The position numbers and the translations under genes are program-made. This document shows positions 1 to 15,376 of a stretch of 64,000 nt of DNA, piece by piece. The DNA is from Raillietiella orientalis (Eukaryota): assembly GCA_036172245.1 (NCBI GenBank), contig JAYWIR010000025.1, forward strand, positions 806,001 through 870,000, given 5' to 3'. The stretch's first letter is position 1. Each line of letters begins with the position of its first letter. A model generated the notes under the pieces. It was given only the letters and a program-made list of their open reading frames with translations, was not told the origin of the DNA and did no database searches.

Positions 1-2114
1 ATTATAAGAGAATCATTCGATGAGAAGCTGGCTCTAGAGTGTGAAATCAATGAATTTCGCGGTGATTAATGACACATGGACAGTTTTTTTTTCCTTCAAT
101 GCACCCTCTGATGGACTGAGCTCAAAAGGAAAACCAAATATAGATTATAATGAGCTAAAACACTTTGAGCATCAATGCTGAATTCATGAAAATTCATTGT
201 TAACGAGAGAAAATTTCAATGCCAAAATGACGGTAGATAAATAACATGCAGTACATATTTTGAATCGATTTCCAAATAAATTAAAGAAATGCACAGCAGT
301 AGAATGTAATGATGGCAAAGGATTAGCCAATTAACAATGCAAAAGGTGTTTTGGTATCTCCGGATACAACCAGTAAAATTTCTCATCACTGATGGTTCGG
401 ACTCATCACACAATTAAAGTTCAAAGGAAATCTGGAAAAATGCTGAGCATATTGCCCAAAAAACGAAATGAGATAATCAAAAACACTATCCATTCCATAC
501 GTTTTGAATTCACATCACCGTTAATATCAACAGATTGCTTTCCGATGAAAAAGGCAGGACTTCAAGGGGAACTGAAACGAAGTAATACCAACTTCATAGA
601 GATGTGAGCTGTTTTATTGTTCTGATGAATTAGAACGAATGAGCAAAGTATCGTTAGAATTGAACTTTCTAGCGCCTTTTGCGGTTTTTCGATTAGCCTC
701 GGGGGTTGCTCCCAAGTTGCTGAACAATTCGCTTTTGAAGTGAGAGTTTGCGAAATACTTGGTCGAGTTAAAATTACCCCTGTAAAAAAAACTCTTGGTT
801 CCTCAAATTGAAAATCGTCCTCAAACATGTCTGTCAGTGTTCTTTAACGTTCTCCTGTGATTTTCCCTACTCCTTTGCAATAGTTCGTTGTCACGTAGTT
901 ATGTCAACCAGTGGTCGCTCAGAGTCCACTGCAGCATTCCAAATTGTGGAATAGAATGTGGCACATTACTCTCAACAACCAACTCCTCACTTCGATTCTT
1001 GGTGTGCTTCATTTTCCACTTGTGTTCCAGACTGTTCTGATTTCCAAATCATCTGAATGCCTGATTCCACTGATTATCTGAACTCAGCACAAAGTTCAAC
1101 AGGGAGAGGGCCTGCACTTTGAGAAGGGAAAAAGCATTTTTCAACTTCCACTGATACTGCCCACAGCTGAATTTCTGACGAAACAGTACGACTTGTTTCT
1201 TCGACATGGTTTTCCACCTTCAAGGAAATCTGCGAACCGCAAAACCGTAATCTGTATTCACTCAAGAGGAAATTTATTTTAGATAGAAGCTTTCGATCTG
1301 CTAGGGGCAGCCATGCTAGTGATTTATAACCGCGTAGTTTTCAAGATGTTTTTGTACCGCACTTGTCGTATACATGGAAGAATTCCGATTCAAATACAAC
1401 ACACACGACTGTTTGATTTTGAGGGCCATGCTCAGACTGTGAGAATTGACAACTGGAAAGCTAAAGATGGTTTTCAAATGTACTGTGCTGGTCAAAAGTG
1501 GACAACTATGCCACACACACAGAAAGAAAAAGCTGTTTGTAGTGCCGTCTGTACTTGAAGCACTTACTGTGTGAAATCAGTGGAGGACACAGCATCGAAA
1601 AATGCGGCACGTTATCGAAATCAGATGCTGTACTTAAGTAACAAACATGTTTTCCATGCTGGGTCACCCGCTGAAGTCAAATACGCATTACTTCCATGAA
1701 GATAAGCAGACTACCGGACAAGGTGCTGCGGCAATTTTCCCAGGAAAAAAAAAAAAAAAAAAAAAAACGCTAATCTGGATGGTTTTTTAAAGAACAAATG
1801 CTTGCTCGGAAGTGCATGTAGTTATGTTCGAATGTGATGCAGTGAATTCGGTATTGGCAATTGCAAAATAACATGCTGAAATCTTTTGTTGCAAGCATGA
1901 CTTTGCAAAGGGAAGTGACACAAGTGGCTGCTTACTTGTAGCCAACAAGATATTTTCGTATTCCCCGTATAAGATTGTTGTGCTTAGATTTGTATGTATG
2001 GATGTCGGAATGTAAAACAAACATTTTAATTCTGGTAATTGTATGTGCCTAGAATAAACCGGTTTGGAGTACACTTACGATCAATACGATACTCTTGAAA
2101 AAAGGATATATAAA

Positions 2115-3744
<1,630 letters not shown>

Positions 3745-6729
3745 TTTTCTTGAAATCAATTAATGTAATTCATATTGTTGTCACTGAAGACTATCAATGG
3801 TCACTTGTATGTTTTCTACATTTTCAAGAAAATTGTGAAGATCTTGATGATCTAGTTGCAAAGTTATTGGGTTTATGCATTCATTTTTAATTGAGAAAGA
3901 TAGAAAAGCAGTGGGTCTGTACATCTGACTACATACTTTGGAGCTTACTTGAACTGATAATGCACTATTAATTTGAGTCACTTCTTTGGAACATGATAAA
4001 TTACAGTTTGAATGCAAGTGATCTTTCAGTTTACAGAATTCCATGTTGCATAGAGTTATATCAGTTTCTTTAGCAATATTAATTTAGGTTACAATGAAAT
4101 TGTAATTTCCCTAACTTCATCTGCTACATAACAATAAGAATACATATTTCTTCGTTGCTTATAAAACAGCCTCTAAAACATGTTAAGCATGAATAATTCA
4201 CTGTACATAATTTCTACATAACAGTCTTTATATATCACTTTAGTTAAAAAAATTTTTTAAATATATATAAGAGCTTAATGTTAATTGATAGATTAACGGA
4301 TTCGTATCCCGAAATTGTTTAAAAATGAATCACACCTAAAATACCATTTGGAGCTTAGGATACGAAACAGTGTTGCAGTAAACAGCAATGGTTTTCAACT
4401 ATTCCAAACTTCGCCGACAGCGTTATGGTATACCGCAAGTTGCTTACTTGTAAAAACTTTTTCTATAAAAAAAAATGCAATCTGATATTTGAGAACTCAA
4501 AGTTGGCATATGAAATCAAAATACGCGTACTGAACGCTCCATTTCGTTGGTGTTAAGGCAAACGAAAATTTCCACACCTGATCCGTATACTCCTGCTTCT
4601 ACCCTTCATAAAAATGCCTTTAAATCAGCGCATTCTTTGGAAGTGTCACTTTATTGTCTTAACCAAATTGAATACATTACCACTTGCAACGCTTTGTAAC
4701 TAACTTAAGCTCAACGTACGTTCTAACGTTATAGAATATTTTTGTGATTTTTACTCTGAGGATCTTGCGCGTTAAATTAACGCTGGCCCGATTTCAAACT
4801 AACTCTTTGAAAACTTATCTGCATACCGGTACTCAAGCTCGTCCTCATGGAGACCAAAAAAAGTCTCTTCATCATTTGAACATAACATCACTGATGTTTG
4901 GCATCCATCGCAAACTTTACCTGAAGTTCCCACGCAATCCCATTCGCAATTTTCTTCCTGTTTGACGTGCGAATAAATTATAAATTGCGTAAGGTGACCA
5001 ACTCTTTAAAAATAATTTAACTCTGATGATAAAACAAAAACTCAAAGTGTTGTAGTATGTCTCCTACAGTCAACTTTACAAAGTTTCAGGAGGCACGCTG
5101 CGATATAAACTTTTCTATAGGACAGAACCGGAGCTTTGACATGAGAGCATCACCGACCAAATTGCTTTTGAATATTTACGAATTGAATTTTTGACACTTG
5201 AAGCCGAATATTTTCTTCGTAAGCACAAAAGTAAAATTAAACTTGGGTATTTATTTATAAACGCTCACGTTTTATTGTTGAATGCTTCTTTCTCTTAATA
5301 AATTAGCTTTCAAACTGGAATGGAATTCAAAGACGAAAGCTTCTGTTCAATCGGTTTCCTTCATATAGCATAAAGTATCGTAGTGAAAACCTTCAAAACA
5401 AAGAATTAATGCAGCTGTCATCCATTTCGTACCATTTTTTTTTTCATGAAAGCAGCACAGATAATTGAAACCCCAAAATCTATCCTTAGTTTCAGTTATT
5501 AACACTTTCCCATATCATTTTCTAAAAATTACAAATTCTCACCTTGGCTGAATTTTTTCGATTCATTCTAATGTTTCAAGTAACCATCTATACCCATTGC
5601 ACTAATTTTTCTTGATAAAAAGAAGCATAAATTGTTGATAACTATACAATTCAACATATGCAGATGTATTTCACAATATTTCTCTCTGATAGTAATGTCA
5701 GGTGTTTTATTTTACTCACTGTGCCTCTTCCACATTATTACTGTGCCTTGCCAATTGCATCTAAATGTTGCTGACCATATCTTCAAATTTCCTTTACGAA
5801 CCCTAACAAACTCTAACGGTAAGCGATGACAGCTACATTGCTCAATGATCTTATGAAATAATCTAATTTTGCTATTTTAGAATAAAAAACATTAATAATT
5901 GTAATGAGGGATTCATCTTCTTTCTCGGAGACTTATTTAAGTATTCTAATTTAAATATTCTAATTTTTTTCTAAAGTTCACACACAAATTTTCAATTTCA
6001 GCTACAGCTAATGAAGATCAGTTATGGTGACTAAATGCATAAGTAGTTCACAGAGCAATAATGTGGTGGCATCCTTGTTTCATGAGTTTCATGAAGGATT
6101 TCTTTTTAAAACTTGATTATCGTTTCGTCAAACTAAGAATTAAGCGAACAAAAGCTGACTGTTCATTGTATATGAAGTCCAGTTTATTATGTTTCATCTT
6201 AAAGAAAACCCGGTCACACATAACAAACTTATCAATTACCTGTATACAAATGTGAAAAGAATCATTAGATGGAAACGAAGCCAAGTCCGATGTTCTCAAG
6301 CCGCAGTACAGTTTTTAAACAGATTTAGTTACTTGATTACTAGTAAATCTGATTTTTAACATTCTGGTAACTCGTTTCATAAAATTCTGTAGTAGTTGAG
6401 ATAAAAAGTGCACAACAGTGGAAACGAAACAACATTTTTATATCTGTGAAAAACAAAACAGACAAGTTTTTCGTTTATAACAGCGAAGAGTAAACAGTCA
6501 GTCAAAATCGGAAACATTCAAAATTCAGTGAAAAGAGCTAATAAGTGTGGAATTCTGCAATGAGTATATGCGTCGTAAATTGGATCAGATGTCTAATAGA
6601 AACTCAATTTGCTGGTTGTGAGGCACTTCAAACGAAACACTAAGGATCCGGTTATGAGAGTGATGAAACTCTTACATAATAACCACATCTTGAATTGCAT
6701 ATACTAAAAGGTTAGCAGCACAATATGCA

Positions 6730-7790
6730 TCGACACCTGAATAATGATAATGAGCATCATAATGACAAACATAAGCCTTGCATGAAGCATTATACGTATC
6801 TCACTCTGGCAGGTGTCAACTTGAGATTGGAGAACAGTTATGTAAGTCATGGAGGGGTCAGAGCTTGAAAATCACAACTCTGACAAATTTATAGAGTTCC
6901 ATATTCCATGTTTCACTATAATCATTAATAAAGTTCACCGATAAAGACAAGAACACATAGATAAAATAGCCACAGGCATATAATGAGAATTAAATCTATG
7001 TGCTCAATCATACTAATTCCAATAATATTGGCAGCTAATACAAACACTAATGGAATTTTATATATTCGTAATGAACAATGCTTCAAGAAAATCATTAAAT
7101 AGGGAACCCTTCTGAACACGAAGATGCAAAAAATGCTTAATGCATGCAGATAATGAATCATGTTCATTCCATCAAATATTTTTTGATACCAAACAAAATC
7201 ATATTCAATCAAATTCTTTGCAAACAGACATCTAAGCTTCATATGAGAATAAATTCAAAGAATTAGCTGGTGTACATTGGGTCAAAGTTACTTTGGTTCT
7301 TGTTCATAGAGAACACATGCATGTGTTTGTGTACATGTATACCGCATGCGTGGATGCAAACAATGAAACATGCGCTATACATACATAGTTATACACCTGT
7401 ACTCAGTGATAAGTAGAGTAAGTATTTATTTGAAAGGATCTATAGTACACAAGTATAGTATATCTATGCTCATAACCTGTGTATGTAGATATTTGCGTAT
7501 GCATAAAAATAAGAGTCATGTAAATCGACATAATTCGAAAACTTTTTTTCTTTTAGTCTCTTTTTAAAGAGGCTAAAAGTAATAATCAAATCATAATCAA
7601 ATGCAAGTGATATCTGCTGCAATTGATCGATATTCATTAGATGGTCAGTGACATAATAAAATTCTAAAAAAATCAACTGGAAGAAAATAAGCAAACAAAA
7701 AGGAAACCCTCTCATTGTGTGGAATGTATTGTTGTGTTTAAGAAAAACTGATGATCTTCCGTATTTAGCAGAGGAAATTTTCACGGAAAA
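6730..7790 (-). pseudogene. Possible decayed multi-pass membrane protein (gustatory/odorant receptor-like)
   Basis: Hydrophobic segments in chemoreceptor-like order: YQKIFDGMNMIHYLHALSIFCIF, LILIICLWLFYLCVLVFIGE, then after frameshifts INDYSE...LYK and LMFVIMMLIIIIQ. Interrupted by stops. Confidence 0.25.
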
Positions 7791-8465
7791 GTTCTATTTA
7801 TTTCTCTCGCCTACTGTATATTTTACCGAAAAGACTAAGAGTAGAAGGATGATGAGTCCGACATAACTTCTTACCGATTCTATATTTCATGGCCAGAAGC
7901 GATGAAATATGCTGCAAACAAGATTTAAATTAAGCACCAGTTTCACGAAAGAAAACTGATTCATTTGTGCAGCACTTGATACAACAGTATTCAGGCGGAT
8001 GATTCTTGGGAAATACCAGCTCATCGAGAAGTGGAAACAGTGATTTGCGAAAGCTTCTGATTGATAAGTAATGAGCAAGCACGACATTGGCAGGAGGCTG
8101 CCATTACACTTAAAACACTCCTGAAGAGTTGGGGATTGGGAAAGGTTTCTACGAGCCTCTGGAGGCAGACTGACGCATTCCTTAGTAACGTGAATTCATT
8201 TGAAGTTAACAAGTATGCGAGAAAGGAGGTCGACACGATCTGACTAGTGCAAAGAAGTTCTAGAAAAAGTTCATGTATACAAAGAGGTCAGACTGTGACT
8301 AAGGAAGAAGTGGCAAGCAACGGAATGTTACGAGAGAGCGAAGCGGAATTCAAGATGCCCGACGGATTAGAATAGTGTCACGTAGCTAACAAGAAACCAT
8401 CTGCTCCGCTTCTCTGTTATGATTCTCCATTGCATCAAAAGCATGAGATGGATGAAAGGAAAGGG

Positions 8466-8500
8466 AGTGTTTGTGTTTGTGCCTGACAAACACAAACACT
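8466..8500. repeat. Perfect 15-bp inverted repeat with a 5-nt loop
   Basis: agtgtttgtgtttgt-gcctg-acaaacacaaacact. Confidence 0.85.
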
Positions 8501-11500
8501 TTCTGTCGTGACTGACATCTAAAAAGTTGCATTCTTCGGTTGTAAGACATCGGCAAATTTTTGAACATTCAAGCAATGGCATTCTGTATCTCTTGGACTC
8601 GATTATTTGAATTCATTCTTATCATATCGAGTATAGACGAGAGCCTTCGTTCCCTTGCTGTCGAACAGCAATACAAGAAAGAAAACTGTCTGTCACTGAG
8701 AAAGGCAAGTGTTTTCCTGATCATGCTTCACAGACCATATGATCGTAATCATATCGTGCATTCTGATACCTTGTAGTTTGTAGTTGAGTTCCTGTTTTGG
8801 TACTTGTGCTGCGCTTCAATCACAGGAAGCAGGCTGGCAAACACCATGATGACCCTAAGAATTTTGCTTTGAAGTTGCTCTGCTCCGTGCTCCGGCTTTG
8901 GCCCACCCTTAAGGGTCTTCTTCGTCTTGGATGTTTCGCTCTGCCGACTCCAGAAGCGAAAACTTTCGAGAATCTTTTATGGGCTCTTGCAGTGCACGTG
9001 CGATGCCTTTCGGGTTATGGTCTCCGGATGAAGAACGTTTTAATAGCATTTTCTTAGAAACTAGATAACAGCATATGATAAACCGAGCAGCATGTGCAAG
9101 TCTTCTTTTGATCTTGGAAAGAGATTCTGAATTCTAGAAAAATAGAAATTAATCCAGTGTACTGATCATCTGGAATCCTTTCACCAGAGTAAGTATTTCG
9201 AGTGTGCGCAAAGCTATCAGCAATCAGATAGCTGGAAGCGATGAAAATCGAAGCCTTTTAAGCTTGGTCGAAACCTCAGATATCGGGACATTAGCGATCC
9301 AATCAAGAAGACTTTCTTCAAGATGAAACGGGATTTCAGTGATGATCAGAGGGCTAAAGATGAAGCGATGAAGTGCTGTTTCAAATGGTGACCAGTTGAG
9401 GAAGCTCGCTTTTGGAGAGCGCATCTTTAGTCCAAAATTCTTTCCTTCGAGCACTAGGTCTGACCTTTTGCATCTTCTCCTACGATTTCCGCATGCACAG
9501 ATTTTCCCCACCAAATCATCTGGTCGCTGATTGGTATACAGTGTCTTATGCTGAATGTCATCGCCAAATGTGTTTTCGAAGACAGCCGCAGCTCAAGAAA
9601 CACACACGAATATTGAAAAAGGGAACCCACATTTCGGACTTCGGAAGTAACAGACAGATAGAGAAAACATTCCACATCGAGCTAGCACGTTTATCAGGGA
9701 ATATTTTCATATTTAGAATTGTAAATAAGTAGATAATGTTCACGATTCTAACCAGTGTTTGAGAAATGCAAACTGAACCCATGATTAGTACTGCAATACG
9801 GAAAGTGAAATTGAAACACGGAAAAAAAAAAAAAAATCGTTCTGAAATTTTCGGTGCATGACTAAAACTCTGAATGCTCAATGCAACTCAGACGGTGAGG
9901 AAGCTGACAAACATAAACTCCAATTAAGTTCAGTTGAGACATTGAATAAATTGAAAATATTAGTAAATGAAAATTCACAGACTGATTTAGAATCGACTGA
10001 TGGAAATTGAAAGCGGAAAGGAAAAGAGACCACTATTAAGAAATGCAAAAAGTCATGGGCGATATTTATGAGTCACCCAGTGTAGTCAAGGATGTCCATA
10101 GAATCTCGATTTCAGGAAACTGTATGGTAAATTAATTTCAGCATGATCCAACCAGTGACTAATTGCATTAGGTGACCAATATATCTGCTGCTTAACAAAG
10201 ATTACCGATTTCATGCTTATTGCATTGAAGCCCTTGATTATTCAAAGAGCTTATTGAAAAGTCGTGTGCTGCAGAGCACATTCAACAGAAAAATAAATAT
10301 TGCACCGTTATCACAGTCACCCTCTTCAAGAATAATTGTTATTTGGCATGTCTGAATTTTCATTTCATGTTGGTTAATTTTTTGTATTTGAATTTCGTTT
10401 TGAAGACTTTGAAAAATTAAAAGAACTCATGAGCTGCAATCATGAAAAATTACATTCACCGCAGATTTTGATCTGCTCAGATAATTCAAGAAATCTCTTG
10501 AAAGCAATGCTGTAATGCATACAAACTTTCGGGTTTCTGATAATCAGTGTATTAATTAAACTTAATTTAGAATTAAAAGGGTACAGGATTGAAGGATGTT
10601 TTTTGATAATTTGCATAGAGAAAGGGCATATCGTAAAATTTTTGCAATTAGCAAAACTTGTAGATTTCACTCTGGAAAAAGGTTTCTCTGAAAAACAGAC
10701 AAACCTCTTACTTTGTAGACAATCCGCTCTTTTTCGCCTTTCTCACTCTATGCCTAACAAAGAAAATACACTAAGAAACGAGCCCAAATTAAAAAGAGGA
10801 GGAAAAATCTGTATGCAGACTCTCAAAATTACATTCTGCACAATTTTTATTTCATGGTAATATGCATGTTATAAATAAGTTATTGCATAGCCACTTCAAA
10901 TTCTGTAAGTAAATAAAGTATAGTTCTATCTTTGAGATGATTCAAAAGACGATGAAATTTATTAAATTGTTAATTAGCGTATCGGTAGATGTTTTTAGTT
11001 TGTTATTTGATTCCATTTCTTATATGGAATGTTTAAGTGTTTCTTGTTCTTTGTTCAAATATTCATTATTCTGATTCGACGGTAATATAACAAATCTCAT
11101 GTTTAAGTACGTAATATTTCTAGCTTTGGGGTGAAAAAGTCTAAAGCATCAAGACACTTTTATAGCATTAAAGAAAGTTTTAACGTGGGCTTTATACTCG
11201 TCGGTTGTAAAGCATAGAAAATTTGAGCAAATAAAAAAAAATGATGCATTGTATGAAATTGATCTTCTTTAATGTGGTTTTATCCAGATTTTGGTAGAAC
11301 TTTTAATAGAATAATGAGCTTATTTAAGAAATTATTCAAAATGAGTGTTTCATTTATATTGAAAAATGAAAGTGAAAATTTTCAGTCAGTAAATGAGAAT
11401 GTAGTTTACGTTTTATACGAATGATTAAAAATTAGACAATCCAGTACATCAGTTTTAATCTTTACTGAATCATTCTCAGAGTTTAAGTAGAATTTAAATG

Positions 11501-11699
11501 TACTAATTTAATGTAATCACAACGAATGCAAAAGTGCACATAATATCTTATATTTTCCCTATATGGTACGGCAATTGCGATTTCCGGTGGAACGTGTCGT
11601 AGATTATAAGTAGTAATCATGAAATTTAGATACGTGTAATTGTGTACAATAGTAGTTAGCTTTTACGAAATTACTTGCATTATATAACGGACGTGAACT

Positions 11700-14600
11700 A
11701 TGACTCAGCCAACACCACAAAACCCAACATATCAACATGGAATTGTGAAAAAGGTAGCAATATTTCGTTAAAACATTTTTTTTGTTGTGCTTAATTGAGG
11801 CATCACAGTATTATGTAATTATTAGACATAATTTCTGTTGCGGGTTAAGTTGCATTTGTGTTCTTGAAGCATGATGAAATATATTACCTTATGTTTTCGG
11901 CATAATTGCGTTTGTATTTATGTTAAGTATGTATGTGCCTACGTATTTCGTATTCTACTTACTTGACAGTCAATCTTAGGAAAATCTAGTTTGGGAGAGT
12001 ATAAATTTATTCATTTCTTTGGTAATTTTCTGTCTAGGTGATTTCTGGTGATACAGTCATAATTAGGGGAAAACCCAAAGGAGGCCCACCTCCTGAAAAA
12101 AAGCTGGGGTTTTCTAATGTTACTGCTCCCAAATTGGCCTGGAAAGGTAAAGAAGGTGAAAGTGACGATGAGCCTTATGCATGGGAAGCAAGAGAATTTT
12201 TGAGAAAAAAACTGATTGGAGAAGAAATAGTATTTGTTGTGGATTATAAAGTACCAAAAACATCAAAAGAATATGGATGCATATATTTTGGAAAAGGTTT
12301 TATACAAACCGAATTAATTTTATATAAAGTAACATTTGCAAGTTTAGATATGAGTAATGCGAAAAACATGACTGAAGCCTTGATTGAGGAAGGTTTAGTG
12401 GAATTAAGAAAAGATAACATTAAATCTAGTCCCGAATTGGAGCATTTAAAAGAGCTTGAAGATGCAGCTAAACTTGCAGGTCGCAGAAAATGGAAATCTA
12501 CTAAGGAGGTTGGCATTTATTAAAATTTGCATCACGGTTTAATATTATAAGGGGAATAACTGCATGAAGGGGTTGCAGGCAGGAAAGAACAGGGACAAAA
12601 TCACTGGGAGAGGGAAGCAAGTGCAAAGAACAAACCTATCTGCTATCTGTTGATATCTGCTATGTGCTGTAGAAGAATGTGCGCAACGTTAAGTGGACTG
12701 TTGACAACCCCAAAGCATTTCTGGAGAAGTATGGAGGTCATCCTATTAAGGCTGTTGTTGAACATGTGCAAGACGGATCAACTGTGCATGTTTTCCTGCT
12801 TCCTGAATTTTATTATATTATTGTGGGAATTTCTGGTGTCAAGGTAAGGCAGTCAAGTAAAGTGATTTTTTTTTAAAGAATTTCCAAAGGCTCCCCCATT
12901 AAGATCTGGTGAAGATGATAGTCCATCTGCATTTGCAGAAGAAGCTAAGTATTTCACAGAATCAAGGTTGTTGCAGCGTGATGTTGAAGTCATCTTAGAA
13001 GGTGTTACAAAGACAGGATTTCTGGGTACCATCTTACATCCAGTAAGTGCTAGAAAATGAATTTGCACAATTTTGCTTTATATTAAGAATGGCAATATTG
13101 CTGAAACTCTTTTGAAAAATGGCTTGGCACGTTGTGATGATTGGTCTATTACCTCTGTGACAGGAGGGGCAGAAAAATTACGAACTGCTGAAAAATTTGC
13201 CAAGGAGAAGAAGTTACGGTTATGGAAGGATTATTCTCCCAATGGAGTTCAAGTAAGTATAAATGTGTAAGTTGAGAGTATTCATCTCTGATTTGGTATT
13301 GACGTAGTTGGCACCAGAGGATAAGGAATTTTTGGCAAAAGTAGTTGAAATAGCCAATGCTGATTCTTTAATAATAAGAGTAAATGATGGTGGTCCTGTA
13401 AAGAAGATTTTTTTGGCCAGCATTCGGTCCCCAAAGTAAACTCTTCACTTGTAATTCTGCTTAGTTAATATTTTCTAGACTTCCTGAACATAAACAGGAC
13501 ATTGCCAAAAACAAAAATTTCCGTCCATTGTATGATGTTCCCTTCATGTATGAAGCACGAGAATTCCTGCGAAAGAAGTTGGTTGGCAAAAAAGTCAATG
13601 TTGTTGTTGATTTTATCCAACCTGCTTCTAATGGCTTTCCAGAACGAACTTGTTGTACAGTCACTATTGGGGGCAGGTATATTTCATGCATCCCTTTAAA
13701 AGCAGTGTAACCTCAGTTTTTAGCAATGTGGCAGAAGCGCTTGTTGCAAAAGGTTTGGCCACAGTAATCAGATATAGACAAACTGAAAATCAGCGTGCTT
13801 CACAGTATGATGATCTGTTGGCTGCAGAGATGAAAGCTCAGAAATCAGCACGTGGTCTGCACTCAACTAAAGATATACCTACACATAGAGTAGCAGATAT
13901 CTCAGGAGTAAGTGTGAAACTAGCATCAATGGACACCAACTTTCATATAGGAATTGTCAAAAGCCAAACAGTTTTTTCCATTTCTTCAACGTGCTGGACG
14001 TAATACTGCACTTGTCGAATTTGTGGCTAGTGGTGCTCGTTTACGTTTGTATGTGCCTAAAGAAAGTTGTCTTCTTACATTTTTACTGGCTGGAATTACT
14101 TGTCCCAAACCCAAACGGCCAACAGCTAATGGTCAGGCATGTATTGAAGGTGAATCATATGGAGAAGAAGCATTGCAGTTTACAAAAGAGTTATGCATGC
14201 AACGAGAAGTTGAAATTGATGTAGAAGCTATGGACAAAGCAGGCAATTTCTTAGGGTTTGTGTGTAAATGTGTAATTCAGAATTCAAAGACACATTTGCA
14301 GATGGTTATGGATAGATAATCAGAATCTTTCAGTTGCACTAGTTGAGAAAGGGCTGGCAAAAGTGCATAGCAGTGCTGAACGCTCTGTACATGCAAAAGC
14401 ACTTCAGACTGCTGAAGAATTAGCAAAACAGAATAAAGAGAATGTAAGTGAATTTTTTGCATCTCTATTATGCTCTTTATGTTAGTTATGGAAAGATGTT
14501 GACCTGGATGAAATCCAAAAAGAAGCTCAGCTTGTAGAAGAAGGACTTTTGGAACGAAAGCCTAATTATAAACATGTAGTAGTGACAGAAGTTACTAAAG

Positions 14601-15304
14601 ATCTTCATTTTTTTGTCCAAGAAGTTGAGCAAGGAACTGTTTTGGAACAGCTGTTGCAACAAATTCGGAGCCATTTATCCGCAGATCCACCCCTGAAAGG
14701 AGCATTTGTTCCCAAAAAAGGAGAAATTTGTGCTGCTAAATATTCTACTGATCAACAGTGGTATCGAGTGCAGATCGAGAAAATCGTTGATGTGCCTGGA
14801 CAAGGTAGAAAAGCACACGTCTTCTACATGGATTATGGGAATAGAGAAGAAATACCAATTGAAGACACTGCTATGTTGCCTGGTAGCACAGGATTAATAC
14901 CACCTTTTGCCAGTGAATATTGTTTGGCTTTCGTGAAGTCACCACCAGATAGTGATGATTGTTGGGAATGTGAAGCTGTGTTAAGGGATGAATTAATGGC
15001 TGCTGGCAATTGTCAGTTGAATGTCGAGTACCGTCAAGGTGATGTTAAACATGCAAGTTTGGTAAAAGATGGTGAAGACCTGGCCAAAGTTTTTGTGCGA
15101 GAAGGCTGGCTGATGGTAGATGCACGCCGTGAAAAACGTTTTCAAAGCCTGGTAAGAAACTGTTTCATTATTCTAAAAATCATTTTGTGACAGATCCAAG
15201 AGTACAAGATGGCAGAGGAAGAGGCCCGTAAAGAACATCTGAACATGTGGCGACATGGAGATGTTACTGAAGATGATGCAAATGAATTTGGTTTGGGACG
15301 ATAA
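11700..15304 (+). CDS. SND1: Staphylococcal nuclease domain-containing protein 1 (Tudor-SN), 13 coding exons, about 898 aa
   Basis: Exons 11700-11753, 12038-12296, 12348-12508, 12673-12843, 12890-13042, 13088-13252, 13308-13435, 13479-13676, 13724-13907, 13951-14255, 14302-14443, 14486-15151, 15194-15304 (2697 nt). Motifs [66 protein letters not shown], Tudor WYR...[10 protein letters not shown]-terminal [15 protein letters not shown]. Confidence 0.96.
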
Positions 15305-15376
15305 AGTAAATTTAGAACTTTTACTTGTAATACTCTTGAACTTATTGTTTCGACATGAATATTTCAAAGAATCACA

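Noticed and set aside
1745..1767. Long A/T homopolymers here and at many other sites
   Set aside because: Common throughout the window; no associated SINE body or target-site duplication could be identified by eye.
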